Source: Podarcis gaigeae
Lineage: Eukaryota
Assembly: GCA_964106915.2 (NCBI GenBank)
Contig: OZ066918.1
Reading direction: 5' to 3' (one strand)
DNA length: 64,000 nt
This document shows positions 1-13,489 of this stretch, in pieces. Position numbers and translations under genes: made by a program. Position 1 is the stretch's first letter; each line of letters opens with the position of its first letter. The notes below the pieces were generated by a model that saw only the letters and a list, made by a program, of their open reading frames with translations, was not told where the DNA came from and did not search any database.

Positions 1-321
1 GATGATTGCTATCAACAGAATCAGTTCTCACCTGGCATCGGCGGCACCAAGTCATGGACAACAGCATCCCTTTGCACCTTGGACGTCATGCCAGGCAGGA
101 CACCAGCCTGCACCCCTGTGCCAGAGCCACACTCAAACGCAGAAGAATGTAAATCTAGCAAAGAAGATTTCTCCTACGAGGAATCAGAGTTTTGTGCCAC
201 AGAAGACGAGAGCAGTAGGAAAGAAGAGGACAACTCCTCATGGAGGAACAGTGGGACAGGAGGGGATAACATCTTTCAGTTGGATGGCGAATTAGATATT
301 GAGCAGATAGAAAACAACTGA
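1..321 (+). CDS. FAM53B: Last coding exon (5'-truncated by window edge) of FAM53B (Simplet)
   Basis: Frame +1 is open from base 1: DDCYQQNQFSPGIGGTKSWTTASLCTLDVMPGRTPACTPVPEPHSNAEECKSSKEDFSYEESEFCATEDESSRKEEDNSSWRNSGTGGDNIFQLDGELDIEQIENN*, TGA at 319-321. It matches the recalled human FAM53B C-terminus (GRTPAGTPVPEP...EDLSCEESDSCA...WRDRG...LDGELDIEQIEKN). The convergent LHPP downstream matches known synteny. Confidence 0.93.
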   Translation, partial: DDCYQQNQFSPGIGGTKSWTTASLCTLDVMPGRTPACTPVPEPHSNAEECKSSKEDFSYEESEFCATEDESSRKEEDNSSWRNSGTGGDNIFQLDGELDIEQIENN

Positions 322-1769
322 GAAGACAAAGTGGGATGATCTGTCTGCATCAAACCTTTTAGGAGTGGTAAGATCACACAGGTTGTCAATGCAGGCAGGA
401 AAGAAGTCCACATTTTTCTTCCCCACTGAAGGGTGGGAGAGGACATGAAGCTTTGCCAAAATTTCATCAGGTATCTTGTTAAACCTTGAAACTCTTTTAG
501 AACTACTGTAGCCCGTGAGGTTTTGCAAACATACTTTAGAGAAAACCTCCAAATTATATCAGCACATTAAAAAACAAAAAGCTTTGTGGATGAATCAAAA
601 CTTGAAATTGTGGAATGTTAGAATAATAGCAACTAAAATGTTTTTTTCTAAGTGTCTGGAACAGGGCTTAAACAAAAAGTAAGGAAAGACTAGAAAGTCT
701 GTTGCTTGGCTTCATTCACAAATAGGCAATGTCGATATCTAGACAGGCAGCTGGTTCATCCTGGTTCATGGGAATCCTGATCCACTTTGGCTTTTGGTAA
801 AGAGTAGAATATTCATTTTTTTATTTTTGCTGTCGGACAATATTCATTGTAAACTGCACCTCAGATATCCTTATTAAAGGGAATGGGCAAGGTGGAGATT
901 AGCATTGTTCTCTGAATTCATCTTCTGTTGGATTATCTTTCAGGTTGCATATCTGATAAGATTCTACAAGGTCTCACAAGCTTGACTTTCCAGTCCTTGC
1001 CGTAGAATCACAGTAGCCTTTTACAGTCTGCTTGCTCCATTTTTTATTCTGTAGTCATCAAGAACGCCATTCAAAGAGAGCACACACAGTTTGCCCTGAT
1101 CCAGTACAGCAAGATCCGTAGCCATAAACAGGTTTCCAGCCAAGGCAGGCATATATGAGCATTTGGACACACATTCTCATCAGTGCTCATTTGGTCCATG
1201 TTGGACCGACTGGATGCATAACCTCATTTGGGCCCTTCTCCTTTGTACCTTGCAACTGCAGCTGGATTTCAGGCCATTGTCTTGAGGAGAGGAACATACA
1301 AAACATTTGTGCATCCAGAAATTTAAATAAATGCCAAAGCTAAATTGGCAGTGCTATATCCATAAGGCTAAACTGGTGTTTTGGTTCTATGGTATAAATG
1401 CACAAGGATCAGAAGAGTTAGTGAATAATGGAGGTTGCTGAGATTAGGGCTTGGCATCTTAAAATGATTATAAATTCTTTGATTATTATTTTCTGGAGTG
1501 CATAACATATAGTCTCTTAACTGCATTTTGTACAGCTTGTCACCACCAACAGAACTGATATTAATGGCATGCCACATTCATCTGCAGAAAGAATGGAAGG
1601 TAACAACTTGTTTTGCATGTACAGCATCACTTTGGAATTGTTTTCATCTCCTAGGACTAAAAAAAGGCAAAATAGCAATAATAATACATAACATTGTTGA
1701 GTTTTCTCTTGGTCTAGTTTTCCTTTTACAACATACACTGGATATGTCTCCAGTAGCAGAATTATAGGT

Positions 1770-2315
1770 TCAGCTGTCAAGCTAAACCATGGGTTGGCAT
1801 AATGCAAGCAAGCCCTGGCCTTCATGCTCCCCTCCATCATGCCATTCTGCATTGCCTCTTTTGCAGCAAAACCAGTTTACTGTTACATCCAAACCACTAG
1901 ACTATGGTTGCATCTGCCCTCCAAACTAGACCAATGATGATCAAACTGTAGTTTGCAGCTGCGATATGGTCACAGAATCATGGTTTGCAGGTTTGAATAT
2001 AATGGCGCATTATGCTTTTGTCCATAAAAAGGGGAATGGAATCAGAGCAGGGGAGAAGAGGTGGGTGTGCAAGCCTGAGGCTTGGTAATACAGTGGATGC
2101 TCGGGTTGCGAACGTGATCCGTGCGGGAGTCACATTTGCAACCCGCAGTGCCGCTTCTGCGCACAAGTGCGTCGTGATTCGGCACTTCTGTGCATGTGCC
2201 GAAACCCGGAAGTAACCCGTTCCGTTACTTCTGGGTTTGGCGTGGTGTGCAACCCGAAATCACACAACCTGAAGCGTCAGTAACCCGAGGTGTGACTGTA
2301 CATGTGAACTGAGCC
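1770..2315. repeat. Old palindromic squamate interspersed repeat (aaaccatggttt-rich) hosting the 2091-2298 MITE
   Basis: Recurrent aaaccatgg/actatggtt/atcatggttt motifs, with a pyrimidine-rich left arm and a purine-rich right arm. Similar sequence lies at about 53090-53480 and 53820-54195. Confidence 0.45.
2091..2298. mobile_element. Tc1/mariner/pogo-type MITE in the FAM53B 3'UTR
   Basis: TA at 2089-2090 and 2299-2300. Imperfect TIRs cagtggatgctcgggtt ... aacccgaggtgtgactg. CpG-rich, with an internal palindrome aaacccggaagtaac/gttacttctgggttt. Confidence 0.8.
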
Positions 2316-5125
2316 ATTCTGACATTTCAGCAAGGTCAGCAGCGATCGTAAAATTGATCATGTAAATGATGTCAAATAAGCAAGACAAGTGAAGAGTTCT
2401 AGATCGTATGAGTGGCCAGATTCAATCTGGAATCAATCACAGGACTTTAGTAAACAGATATAGGGAAGTTTCCCTGACATATTTTTTAGACATACAAGCA
2501 ATACTTATACAGTGTGTCTTGGGGTTATTTTAGCTATGTGAGTTACATAGGACCTGTCTTTTGGATGACAATGCTGATACAAAATACAGTCTGAGATGCT
2601 GATGTTCAGGTAGCAGCACTCCAGAGTTACCTTCCACCTCTCTCATTGATAGTGGTAAACAATAAGCTTTACACTTTAGCAAGCATAACTCAGTTAAATA
2701 AGCTGTTCACTTATCTACAAAAAAAACAATGTTTTGTTTACCTATAGCAGGCAGAGGGGAGGGGACAATAGAGATGACATTTTTAATGACAATGACACCC
2801 TACTTTTTTTTACTGCACTTTTCTCTGCAGTGGTGCAGATGTTTATGGCATCCAACACCACAGTAGATTCCATCCAAGCTTTAGATTTACAAATGTCCAG
2901 TCGAACTGCACAAATTTCTGTTGTTGCTATGTTGATTTCTATTTCCTCCCTATCAGATGCTCACATAATGTGCAAGCCAAAAAAAAGATAATAAACTAAT
3001 GATAGTAAAGTAGGGAGAGGATTGCTTTAATTCTGAACGTCCTGCATTATAGTTTGATGCCATTCAAGAACCTGGTGAACATACCTATGAGCCCTGTGCT
3101 TCCCAAGCTCTCAGTTTGTTGTGTGCATGCCAAGTTAACATGCACTGCTGGTTTCAGCAATTGACAGAACAGGTGCTCAGCACAGTGACAAGCCGATCTC
3201 CCCAGGTTTCGTTTGGAATGGACTTTCCAAAATGATCTAAATTTGGCTCAGATTCAAGCCTGAATTTTTACACTCAGGCCCATTAATATCTAGTGTCCTC
3301 TTAGTAATGCCATCAGGGGTGTGATAAAACTTGGAACTAGGCTCCCTTCTTCCATTTCCCTTTGCAAACCTTATTGTTGCCTATTTTCTCTGCCCCTTCC
3401 TCCTTGTGGTGGCTGTTGCCTTAATTACATGGCAGGAACAGGGAATTAAAGACTGGGAATCTGCAGTTCCCAGGACTTGTAGCAGTCAGGATGCTTCTGT
3501 GAGCATGCTCAGGTGTATCCTGGGTGGCCAAGGTGCCTAAAAATGGCAGCTCCCCAGCTTCTTGTAGTTTCCAATCTCCACAGTGCTGTTGTTGCCTAAT
3601 GAATACAGCCACCCTTCTTGTCATTGCTTATTTCTACAGTAGAAGACAGGAGGTTGTGGTGGAAGGAAGGCTGGTGCTGGTGAGCTCAGACAGAAGCTGG
3701 AAGAGATTTGGGTTTCACTTGTAGGATGCTTGGTAATTTTGGACTGGGGAAGTTCACACCTTGAACTCTCTAGTTCAAAACTTCATCCATTTCACTATTG
3801 TGGATTGCTGAGACTGCCACCTCCTGATCAGAAGAAGGCTTGTTGGACATGTTGAAGGGGGATTTTTCCATAGACTCACCACACACTGAAAGGGGATTCT
3901 TTACCTTCTAAATTTCTCTACGCTACAAAACGATATTAAGGCACACCCAAGCTTTCTCTGCCTCAGGAGCTGAAAGCTTTTTAGTTTGACCATATGGGTA
4001 TTGCTGCCCTCCATGAGAAAGCAAATGCCCATCTTTGGAGCTACCCCAGCATAGTAGAGAGGGAATAGGGTAGGGTGTTGTGCTGCGATGAGCAGCAGAT
4101 GAGTTGGAGAGTATCACAGTATTGGTTTGAAATTGGTGAGATGTGAGATGACACATTGATCCCCTGCCATTTACCATTATGGGTTGCTTGCAGTTGATAC
4201 TGAGGGCTGATCTCTTCCATCCATCTAACAGTTCAGATGGACACGTTCAGTATTATGTTTTTGCCCATAGTAAAATGAGCACCTAAGCATTTCACTAATA
4301 AAGCAAGATCACTGCTGGGTTCATGTTGAACAGAAAAGTGAAATCTCACTCATCTAAGCCTATGAATGCCAGTAGTCTGAGTTTAGTGGTTAAACGCTCA
4401 GGTCATCATGGGCAAAAGCATCCAGGCAAGCTAACCAGCTCATGTGAGTCAGTCCTCAGTAACCACCACAATCACAGCATTGTCTATAGGGTATACAGGG
4501 ACAGTCTGAAAGCATACTGGATGTGCAGGAATGAACAAGTTTAAAAACAAGTGTTTGTTTAATCATGTCAAAAGGACAGAAGCAAAAAGTATTCAGTCAA
4601 AGTCGCATGCTTTGAATCGTAGTAGAATTGATGGGCTATCTGGATGTGTTCAAATGAGATCTGTTCCAAGGTACTAGAATAATCCATGAGTCCAATATGG
4701 TACAGTCATGTTGGAGCAGTATATTGTTTAAGGCGGCACAGAGATTCTGTGGTACATAGGGCTGTTGACCGTTTTATGCATGATGTAAGAGCCATATTGT
4801 CTTCATTGGCCCTTCTGAATCTCATCCTGCAAAGAAAGTGCTCTTTGTCTGCCTTTTCCCCAGTTACTTTTCTCTTTTCAAACTCACTGGGTTGTATCCA
4901 AGAAAGCTGTTCCACTTCCTGCAGAGTAGAGCTACCCCTGCCTCTCCTCCTCCTGTGAAGCCTCAAAATTGGGGTTTCCCCCCAACCCTCTGGAGCAGAT
5001 TTGAATAAGGGGGAAGAAAGTTCTGTGCTAACAGATCAATTTCATCGGATAAAGCCAAGGTATGTGGCCCTGAATCATTGTAATGCAGCACTGCACCGTT
5101 TTGTCAAGATAGTTGTAGACACTGG

Positions 5126-5210
5126 GTTGGATCCGGACTAAGCTTACATTGGGGTAAGTCTTATTGAGCTCTGGGACTTACTTCTGAGTAGATATACATA
5201 GGATTGTGTA
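5126..5210. repeat. Short (~85 bp) palindromic squamate repeat (copies also at ~13778-13868, 22335-22420, 34622-34690, 38992-39082)
   Basis: Shared core gtaagtc(c)cattga...gggacttacttctgagta...cataggattg, which is self-complementary. Confidence 0.6.
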
Positions 5211-7063
5211 AATTGGCTGAAATTATGTCTCAGTGAAATCAATGGGACAGGATTATCATGAATTAAGTCCAAAGTATTTCAAAGGGGACTCAGTTCCACT
5301 CACTTAGTCTGCATCCAGCTCTCTCTCTTTCAATTTGTTTCATGCACCTGGTGTGACAAAACATACCCCAGCATGATTTGATCAGAGATCTCCCTAAATC
5401 TCAGTCTGTTATCATCGCCCAAGCACACTTTTCTTTAACTTAACCCTCTTATAGTTGAAGTAACTTGAAGTAACTGTTCCTCACTGTGACATCTAAACGT
5501 GGGCTCACCAGCACAGAGGACATCTTGTGTCACCGTATTACACTTCTTGAGACAGCATTATCAGTTCTTTTATGGCTAGCATGCATACGTCTTGGTTTAT
5601 GACACTTCAATTTCACCTTTAGTGCTACAGGGATGACATTTCTGATTTTGGACTAAACTCGTAAGGGCTTTAAGAAACAAAAAAAGGGCTGCTACCTACA
5701 ACAAGCTAAATAAATACACAGAGTAGGAAAGTGCCCCCAAAGGACCACTACCCAACTCTTCTAGCTGCAATGTAGCGTTTACATGGCAGCAAACTCTCTT
5801 TGCCTTAGTAAAGATGCTTCGCTGCATTATGGCCTTACAATGGGCATAGCAGCATAGACACAACATACTGTTTGACTGAGGTTAGGCCAAGGTGGCATTT
5901 CATTGGATGGTATTGGTTTTGGTTTTGTATGATTTATGTACTGAAACTGAGTTTTTAAAAGCCTTACTTTTTAAAAATAGAAATAAAACTTTGTGGATTT
6001 ATGAATGTGTGTGCGCGCATGTGTGTGTGTATGTACAGACACACATACACACAAAGGTAAATATCTGAAATCTAGTATGTGTCTCGTGATCAGGGACATC
6101 CTCTTGACTGTGTTACTTTTCATAAAACCAGAAGCTCAGCTGGATCACCAGTTGTCCACATAAGCTGAAAAGTCACTGGTTGCCTCTGCTAGGTATTCCC
6201 AGGCTCCTGCTGGGTTTGTTCAATACTACACAGGTCACTTGGGTCAGCTGTCACAGCATATTCCTGCCAGGTGGATTCAAGAATCTGTTGCTGATGTTCT
6301 CTGTACTTTTATTTGTTAAGTACTAAAGTGAGATCAGCAGGGAAATAGGCAATGGCTTGTATATAACACAGATTGAGCAATCTGGACTTGGATATTTCAT
6401 GACAGCAGCAATAAATGTTAAGAGTTTCCCTTTTTTTAAAAAACAAACAAACAGTATTTCAGATGCAACATTTTTAGAGGATTTTATTCAATGAATTAGC
6501 ACTGGTGAACCTGATTCCTTTGTATCTATTGCCATCACCCTTTGGGAAAGGGTTTCATGAAATCTTAAGATCACACAATGAAGATTGAATGAACAAAGGC
6601 AGAAAGGACATATTTCTGGATTTGATTGTAATTTTTCACAAGGTAGCCTAGCCTCTTGGCCAATAACATTGTGTTTCAAGTGCATTTTTAGATAGTTCTT
6701 ACGGAACAGGACAAGATGAATTTTTTAGGGTTGTAGCAGTGTTTTCCAGCATTTGTTTTTAATGTTTAAGAATCAAAAGATGATGATGGCCAAAAAGCCT
6801 TTGGAAAACCATGAACTCTTGATAGTGCGTGTGTGTACGTGTGTCTTTCTTTCTGTCCATGGTAATTGCACAGATGCAAACATATTGACATGTATACGAA
6901 GTCAGCTCTGTAGTTGGTGTTACGTTTGTTCAAAATCTATTACTGAAGACTGTTCCTTGACCTGAAAATTAAGAAAGACTGCTGATTTGTACTCTCTCAA
7001 ATGACTTTATTGCACTATAGAGCAGCTCAGTCTCAGGAATTTACTTGTTACTTTGACTATGTA

Positions 7064-7069
7064 AATAAA
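7064..7069 (+). terminator. Candidate polyadenylation signal of FAM53B
   Basis: AATAAA within ctatgtaAATAAAgctttc, with a U/GU-rich element about 30-50 nt downstream. Confidence 0.55.
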
Positions 7070-8656
7070 GCTTTCTGATTCTGTACCCAGCGACCCAGCG
7101 CTGCTCTTTGCTTGTGCCTTGTCACAAATTCCTTGACTTCTCTAATTCCTTGACTTCTCTCTGGCTTAGTTCTCTCAAACAAGTCAGGTGTCAAAGTTGT
7201 GTTCAAGATGTACTGCTTCAGTTGTTAGTTTTGGGTGTGTTCGGCACGTAACTGAATGCTTTTCTATGTGGAAACCATCTCTGCATGTAGAAAACTAGCT
7301 GTCAGGGGGAATTCTTGACTAGAACCCTTTCTCTCGTTCCCTGACCCCATTGTTTTCAACGAGTGAAGTATGGTTCTAAGAGAATTGCACCTTATGATCT
7401 ATACCTGAAGTTCAATTCTCAGCTTAAGGTCATCAGGTGATGGATATGCAGGTATGAATTAACCTTTGAACTCTTCCATCATGAGGGAAATCTGTATACA
7501 AATAAGAGAGGTGTTGAGTTCAGTGGATTCTCCAAGCCCCGCAATGCATTAGTCCATGGTTATTCTGCCTGTGCAAGCCATTCTTTCCATGTTGAAAGAC
7601 AGAAGGTCATTGGAGTCCTCAAACAGCATAGAAACGTTTTAAAAACAAAACAGTTCTTAGTCCAGCCCCCAAAACAGTTATTTGCGAAAATAATTCAATG
7701 TCGTTAAAAAGCTAGACCAGCCCACCAAAATGAAAAATCTCACCTCACTCTCACAGATGCCGGCTTGGTTTCACTTTTTTAAAAATAAATCAGCATGTGC
7801 TTTAAAAAAGAGCATGACTGATCCAAATAAAGATTAGAATACAATATTAGGAACCGGATGCTAAATATAAACTAGCAAGTTCAAGACTGTGCTCTTTGAC
7901 AATTAAATGTGCTGCTTATGATGAACATAGGGCTACTGAAGTAGTCAAGTGGGTCTGGGTCTCTACCCCTAATCAAAATCTCAAGGGGCAATGAAAGGGA
8001 ATGAATGTATAATATAGATACTACAGTTTGTATAGATACTACAGTCGTGCATCTTTTGTATTGGGAAAGGTGCAGGAATGACCATAGACAAACACTTGGG
8101 TGAGGGTGGAAACAAACACTTGGGAAAGGGGTATAGAAAATTAAAGGACATATTTATGTACCAGCTGCCACCATGGTGGGAAAATTGGGAGCTAATATTA
8201 TACTACTACTAAATGTGAATGGGGGCTTCCAGCTAGAGGTTCATTGTGGGATGGGTGCTCTCATGCATGCAAGTGTTTTCCATTGTGCACATAATGTTAT
8301 CAAAATGGCCAATTTCCTCTTTAACTAAAAGTACCTCATACCTCGTACCTCTGCTGTCATCAGTGGTGCGGAAGCTTGTTAATGCATTATTTGGAGAGGC
8401 AGGGGGTATGGTTTGGAATGTGCGATGTTTTGGTGGGGGGACCCTATTACCACACCTCTGCTTCTGTTTACTTCTCACCTGAAGACAGCCAAACCATTTA
8501 GTTTCCAACAACCCAAATGACACAAGTTTTGCTTATTTCCACAAACTGCTGCATGCTGAAGGCATGCTGGGAATTCAGCAACCTAGTGCTGAGGAACTAT
8601 GATATTGACACATATAGGGGATTTACTTGGAGTGGTACAGCTGTCAAGACTTTAAA

Positions 8657-8708
<52 letters not shown>
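8657..8708 (+). repeat. (AAT)n microsatellite, about 17 units
   Basis: Direct reading. Confidence 0.97.
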
Positions 8709-8709
<1 letters not shown>

Positions 8710-9231
8710 ACAACCTCTTCCACAGGACCTTTGCACCAGAATTATTAAAATACCAGAACTGTGGTTTAGCTAAAAATCAGCCTTGTACAAGAACTTTGTG
8801 TTATTTTTTAAACAAAATAGCAGCAAATGGAAATAGATATTCCCTACTCCCACCCCCAAGATAATTTGGGGCCAGTAACATTGCTCTTATGTGCTTTGTG
8901 TCAGGGCGAAATTGTTTTAACCATACATGTGCACAGGTACAAAAAAATACCTGCAGGCACAGCCAGAATGGGAAAAGATAGCGGAAGGTGGGGAGGTAAG
9001 GGCTGAAGTGAGTGGACAGAAAGCATAGAACAGAAATATTCCATCATGGACATGAAATATTCCATCACTGGTGTGAGTGGGAAGCAGCACAATACCTAAG
9101 AATAATCTAAGATGGAAAAGGGAATTGTGTGGACAGCTGAGTACCAATCCTGAAAAACTGGAACTGAACTATCAATTTGTGTGAGTAACCCCCTGCCTGG
9201 AAGCCCCACTCTCCAAACTCTCTTAGGACAT

Positions 9232-9350
9232 GATGTAAGAATAGCCCATTCAGTCCAGCATCCTGTTCTCACAGTGGCCAAGAATCTCACAGGCAGGACC
9301 CAAACACACCCTACTGACATCCTCTTCTATCACTATGATGCCCCATGATG
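9232..9350 (-). mobile_element. Degraded CR1 LINE 3' end
   Basis: gcccattcagtccagcatcctgttctcacagtggcca resembles the CR1 3' end at 30209-30290. Confidence 0.55.
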
Positions 9351-10169
9351 GGATTGCCACCCCTCTCTCCATAACTGGTGTATGAAAAACCAAGGACACT
9401 TTTATGAAACATGGGAACTGGCGGCTCTTGACAAGTGCCCAAGTTCAGACTTGATGGAAGGACTATTAATTCATGGAGGCCAAATAGCAGCCCATGACAC
9501 AATGAGATATTCATTTAGGAGGTGGCAAATGTATTAATATTCAGTTATTAAAGAATTTGAAGGGGATGCGGGGATTGAAATGTGTTCCTTTCGGCTCAAA
9601 CTTCAGCACCATTCATTCCCAAAGCACCCAGCAAAAGACTTAAGCCCTCCTCATAACGCAATACTGTATGGACAGTCTATAGGTACATTCAGGCTATTCA
9701 ACTAAGCCCCGAACTCCCAGGTCTACAGCAAACATTGCAACCTCTAGAGCCTCAGCTTGTAATAACACACATTTAGCACAAGCTGTTTCCAGGGCATAAG
9801 CAAGAGGAATGATGGAGGCCAAGGCACGGCTGGTATTCTCTAGCAGAATGACTGAAGGGATGCATCGCCAGCATCTGCGGCATCTGCATTGTCTAGAATC
9901 AGGGCTGGAAACTTCTTGCTTATCATCACTACCCTGGCCTGTCTGGTACTCTTCAACAAAAACAGCAGCACCCTGATCTGCTTCCTTCTAATATGCACCA
10001 AGTGAGTGGCTGCTTAATTCCTGCTCTGCATGAGAAGACTGAATAATTTTACATTGGGCGGGCTGTGATCATCTCCACCGGGCAGTGGCAATTTGCTGCC
10101 TTTGCAAGGTGCTGTTTTAAATTCCCTTCCTCAAACCAGGACTTGTGAAGTGGGTAGAATCCAACTAAG

Positions 10170-10357
10170 GCCCCATCTGTGCTATAGATCGAAAGCAGTG
10201 TCATCCCACTTCAAATCATGACTTCCCCCAAAGAATCCTGGGAACTGCAGTTTGTTATGAGTGCTGATAGTTCTTAGAAGATCCCCTATTCCCCTCACAG
10301 AGCTACAATTCTCATGGTTCCCTGGGAAGAGGGATTGACTGCTAAACCACCCTGGGT
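10170..10357. repeat. Squamate interspersed repeat (ttcccccaaagaatcctgggaactg family); second copy at ~56600-56765
   Basis: Shares cccccaaagaatcctgggaactg(c/t)agt with 56638-56665 and has internal inverted arms. Confidence 0.6.
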
Positions 10358-12463
10358 TTGTGGTGACAAGGCAGCAGCCTTGGGCAAATGCTAAAGCCCT
10401 GTGGCTAAAAGTCAGACTTTGATTGACTGGATCTTCAATGGACTATTTAGAATACCACCCACCTTCTGCCACAAAAGTAGCAGACAAATAGAGAGACAAA
10501 CAAGAGGAAATGTTCCCAGTTAAGAAATCCAAACTGAATTATCCAGTAATGGCTTACTTTCACTGAGTGAAAAAGAGTAGGAACTCTTCTCTGTGCTGGT
10601 ACTTTTGGGGGTTCTTTTTTATTTTGTGAGAGGACAGCTTAGGTAAACTGGTCCCCAGTGCTAGCAACATTAAAATATATTATTTGTCCATTAATAGGCA
10701 TTTCTAAGTTCTGTTCCTTTCTCCCTTTCCAGCTACTCTACCCCATTCACCCTCCCATTCAGTGGTCCATCTTTTTCCTCTCAGTCTCTACATTCTGTGC
10801 TATTGAGTCCTTACAGTACTGTTTCTGGGATCCCTGTGGGTCCCCCCCCCCCATTTTTTTTGTACTACTGCATACCTCAGGGTTCCACCTATACATCTTA
10901 CTTCTGTGTGTGTTTTGCCATTTTCACTACATAATGGCAGGCACTCTACCCCAAAGTCCAGAAATGGAATATACGGCAATATATTTTGGCAATTTACTGG
11001 CTAACAGACGCACAGCTTTCATCATATTCTGAGGGAGAATTTAACAGGCCAGTTGTGTGCTGTATGAACAAAACAAAACACCTGTTTGTGGTAGCCTTTG
11101 GTTTTTGTATTACACAGAATCCTTACCAGTTTCTGCCCCTTCTCCCATTTGGAACTTTCAACAGTCCAAGTTATCCTGTCCCTCACTCTTAGCTGTCTGC
11201 AGCTGAGGCTAGCAGGCAAAGAATCTATTGCCACCCACCCGCCCATAAAAGTCTGGTGCAAAAATAAATCCTTCCCCTCGCAGGTCCAACTTCATTCCAC
11301 AGGGGAAGGAGGAGGGGTTTGAAAAAAAGAACAGAATAAAAATATCCTTGGCAAAGAGAAAGATGGAAAACACATTTAAGAAGCCTTGAAACATCAAAAA
11401 TATCTGTGTGCAAATAGCTCCAGGAACATTAAGAAAATGTGCAGATGTTTGAGTGAACTCTCACACTGGGTGGCGAGTGTTGCCAAAAACGGATCTGATA
11501 GCACACAGAATAATCAGATCATCTTCTTTTCATTTGCATCTGTTAATATTGTGCTCTCAAAGGTCTTATTTATCCTCCAGTTCTACTGATGTACACAATA
11601 CAGTACTGCTCAAGTTAAGAAAATGGTTTATAAACAAGCAATCCAAACAAAACCTGAATGGAACAGGCACTCATTGGATCTGAAAATCCCACCTAAATCA
11701 GCTCCTTGATGATCCTATCTAGGATTATTTTCTACCATTTGCATCCATTAAATGCATTGTAAATACACATGAAGCTAGTAAATGCACCATGGACCATTTC
11801 CCCTCCCTGCTTGACCACTCCCCATGGCACTGTCCCCAGAGAATGTCAATTTTAAAATAAACTGCAGGTTATGGAAGTGTAGAGATCTCTAGGTAAGTCA
11901 GTTCTACTGCTTCATAAAATTTGACAGTGCAGTACAGAATGAAGAGTCCTTCTAAAACAGCAGCTATAACCATACAAAAATGCTCAGTACAGAAGCCTAG
12001 CACAGGCCAAACAGTTCACAACAGCTTTTGTTTAGAGACAGCAGGGACAAGGGAACAAAGGACAAAGGGCAGGGGTGGACAGGCAGTGGCCTGGCTGGGA
12101 GGTTAGCAGGCACTGCGACAGGTCAACTTCCTTACATCAAGAGTGCACTATAAAAGTATAGCATGATTATTTAGTCATGCTCAGTCACCACAACAAATTG
12201 ATGCACATCCAGACACATAGTAATAGGTTGCAACAAACCATTTGTTCATTTGTCAGTGGCCACAGTTGGGGGAAGTATGGCTCCGAATACCAGCTGCTGG
12301 GAATCACGTGGGAAGAGCTCAAGTCCTGTTTATGGGTTCCCCATAATGTTCTAGAGCCTAATAATGACACCCACAGATCACTCAATCTAGAACACAGATA
12401 TAGTTCTCACTGAAGTGGTAAACCTATGCCTGAGCCCTCCGGCCATGACTGTTCTTCTATATA

Positions 12464-12697
12464 CAGTGGTACCTCAGGTTAAGAACTTAATTAGTTCTGG
12501 AGGTCCATTCTTAACCTGAAACTGTTCTTAACCTGAAGTACCAGTTTAGCTAATGGGGCCTCCTGCTGCCGCTGCTGCACGATTTCTGTTCTCATCCTGA
12601 AGCAAATTTCTTAACCCAAGGTAATATTTCTGGGTAAGCAGAGTCTGCACCCTGAAGCGTATGTAACCTGAAGCATATGTAACCCGAGGTACCACTG
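12464..12697. mobile_element. Tc1/mariner/pogo(Tigger)-type MITE
   Basis: TA|cagtggtacctcaggtt ... aacccgaggtaccactg|TA, that is TIRs plus a TA TSD. Highly similar to 25248-25462. Confidence 0.9.
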
Positions 12698-13489
12698 TAA
12701 AAGCTTCTATCCCCCTAGAAGCCAAGAACACAGTCCTCAAAACTCCCCATCTTCCCAACCACTGCCACAAATGGATGAGGCCGAACAAAACTATCAGGAG
12801 TCAATGTTAACTATCCTTAGGATGTATCTACGCAGAGGTTTGAAAGAGAATGAGAACTAAAAGTGCACCTACCCTGCCCTCTACAGATCACAAATACCTG
12901 TTACTTATCTGCACCTTTGATAATTCTTCACCCACACAGCAGATGGAACAATTGTACGACCAGTATGAAGCATACAGTCAGGAGGGCATGATGCACACTT
13001 CCATTACATATATTTTTCCAAGCACCTGCCTTTCCACTTCCCACATGTAGTTTTGTGTTAATGAACTGTATCAACAGAGCAGGCAGCTCTTCTGTACATC
13101 TGCCACAGTGTACATTCCTCTGGGAAGAATGCCCAGCCTGGTTCCTTCCTACAGAATTCCACAGGCCCAGGATGCTGAAGCAGCTGCATGCTTTTCTCTT
13201 GAGTAATTCATGCCACATTATGAAGACATTTGTCCGAGTGCAGCTAAAGCGTGAGTAGCAACATTCATAATAGCTGGGAACATTTCTCACTCCTGATTTC
13301 TCACTTCACTTAATCAATACAGCAGGACTTGGGTAAGCCAACAGTGACATTCCCTTCTGGGGAACTTTCCCAGATGTGGTGGATGGGTCTGGAACCAGAA
13401 GTAGGCAATGAATGTGGTTTTTAGCTTTGAACAGTAGGCTAGTTTTACCTACATTCACAATTCCCCCATCCAGGTAAGCGAGACAAGAA

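Larger units (their letters stand above)
322..7090 (+). other. FAM53B: Probable long 3'UTR of FAM53B
   Basis: Follows the stop codon. The distal block (about 5900-7090) is U-rich, and AATAAA at 7064-7069 is followed by a U/GU-rich tract (ctgctctttgcttgtgccttgtc). The end point is inferred; other AATAAA occur at about 5982 and 6410. Confidence 0.55.

Noticed and set aside
2-295. 97-aa ORF in frame +2, and the 79..321 ORF start
   Set aside because: Frame +2 is an off-frame shadow of the FAM53B exon. The true frame (+1) is open from the window edge, so position 79 is not a start.
8517-8864. ORF with a poly-isoleucine run
   Set aside because: Produced by the (AAT)n microsatellite
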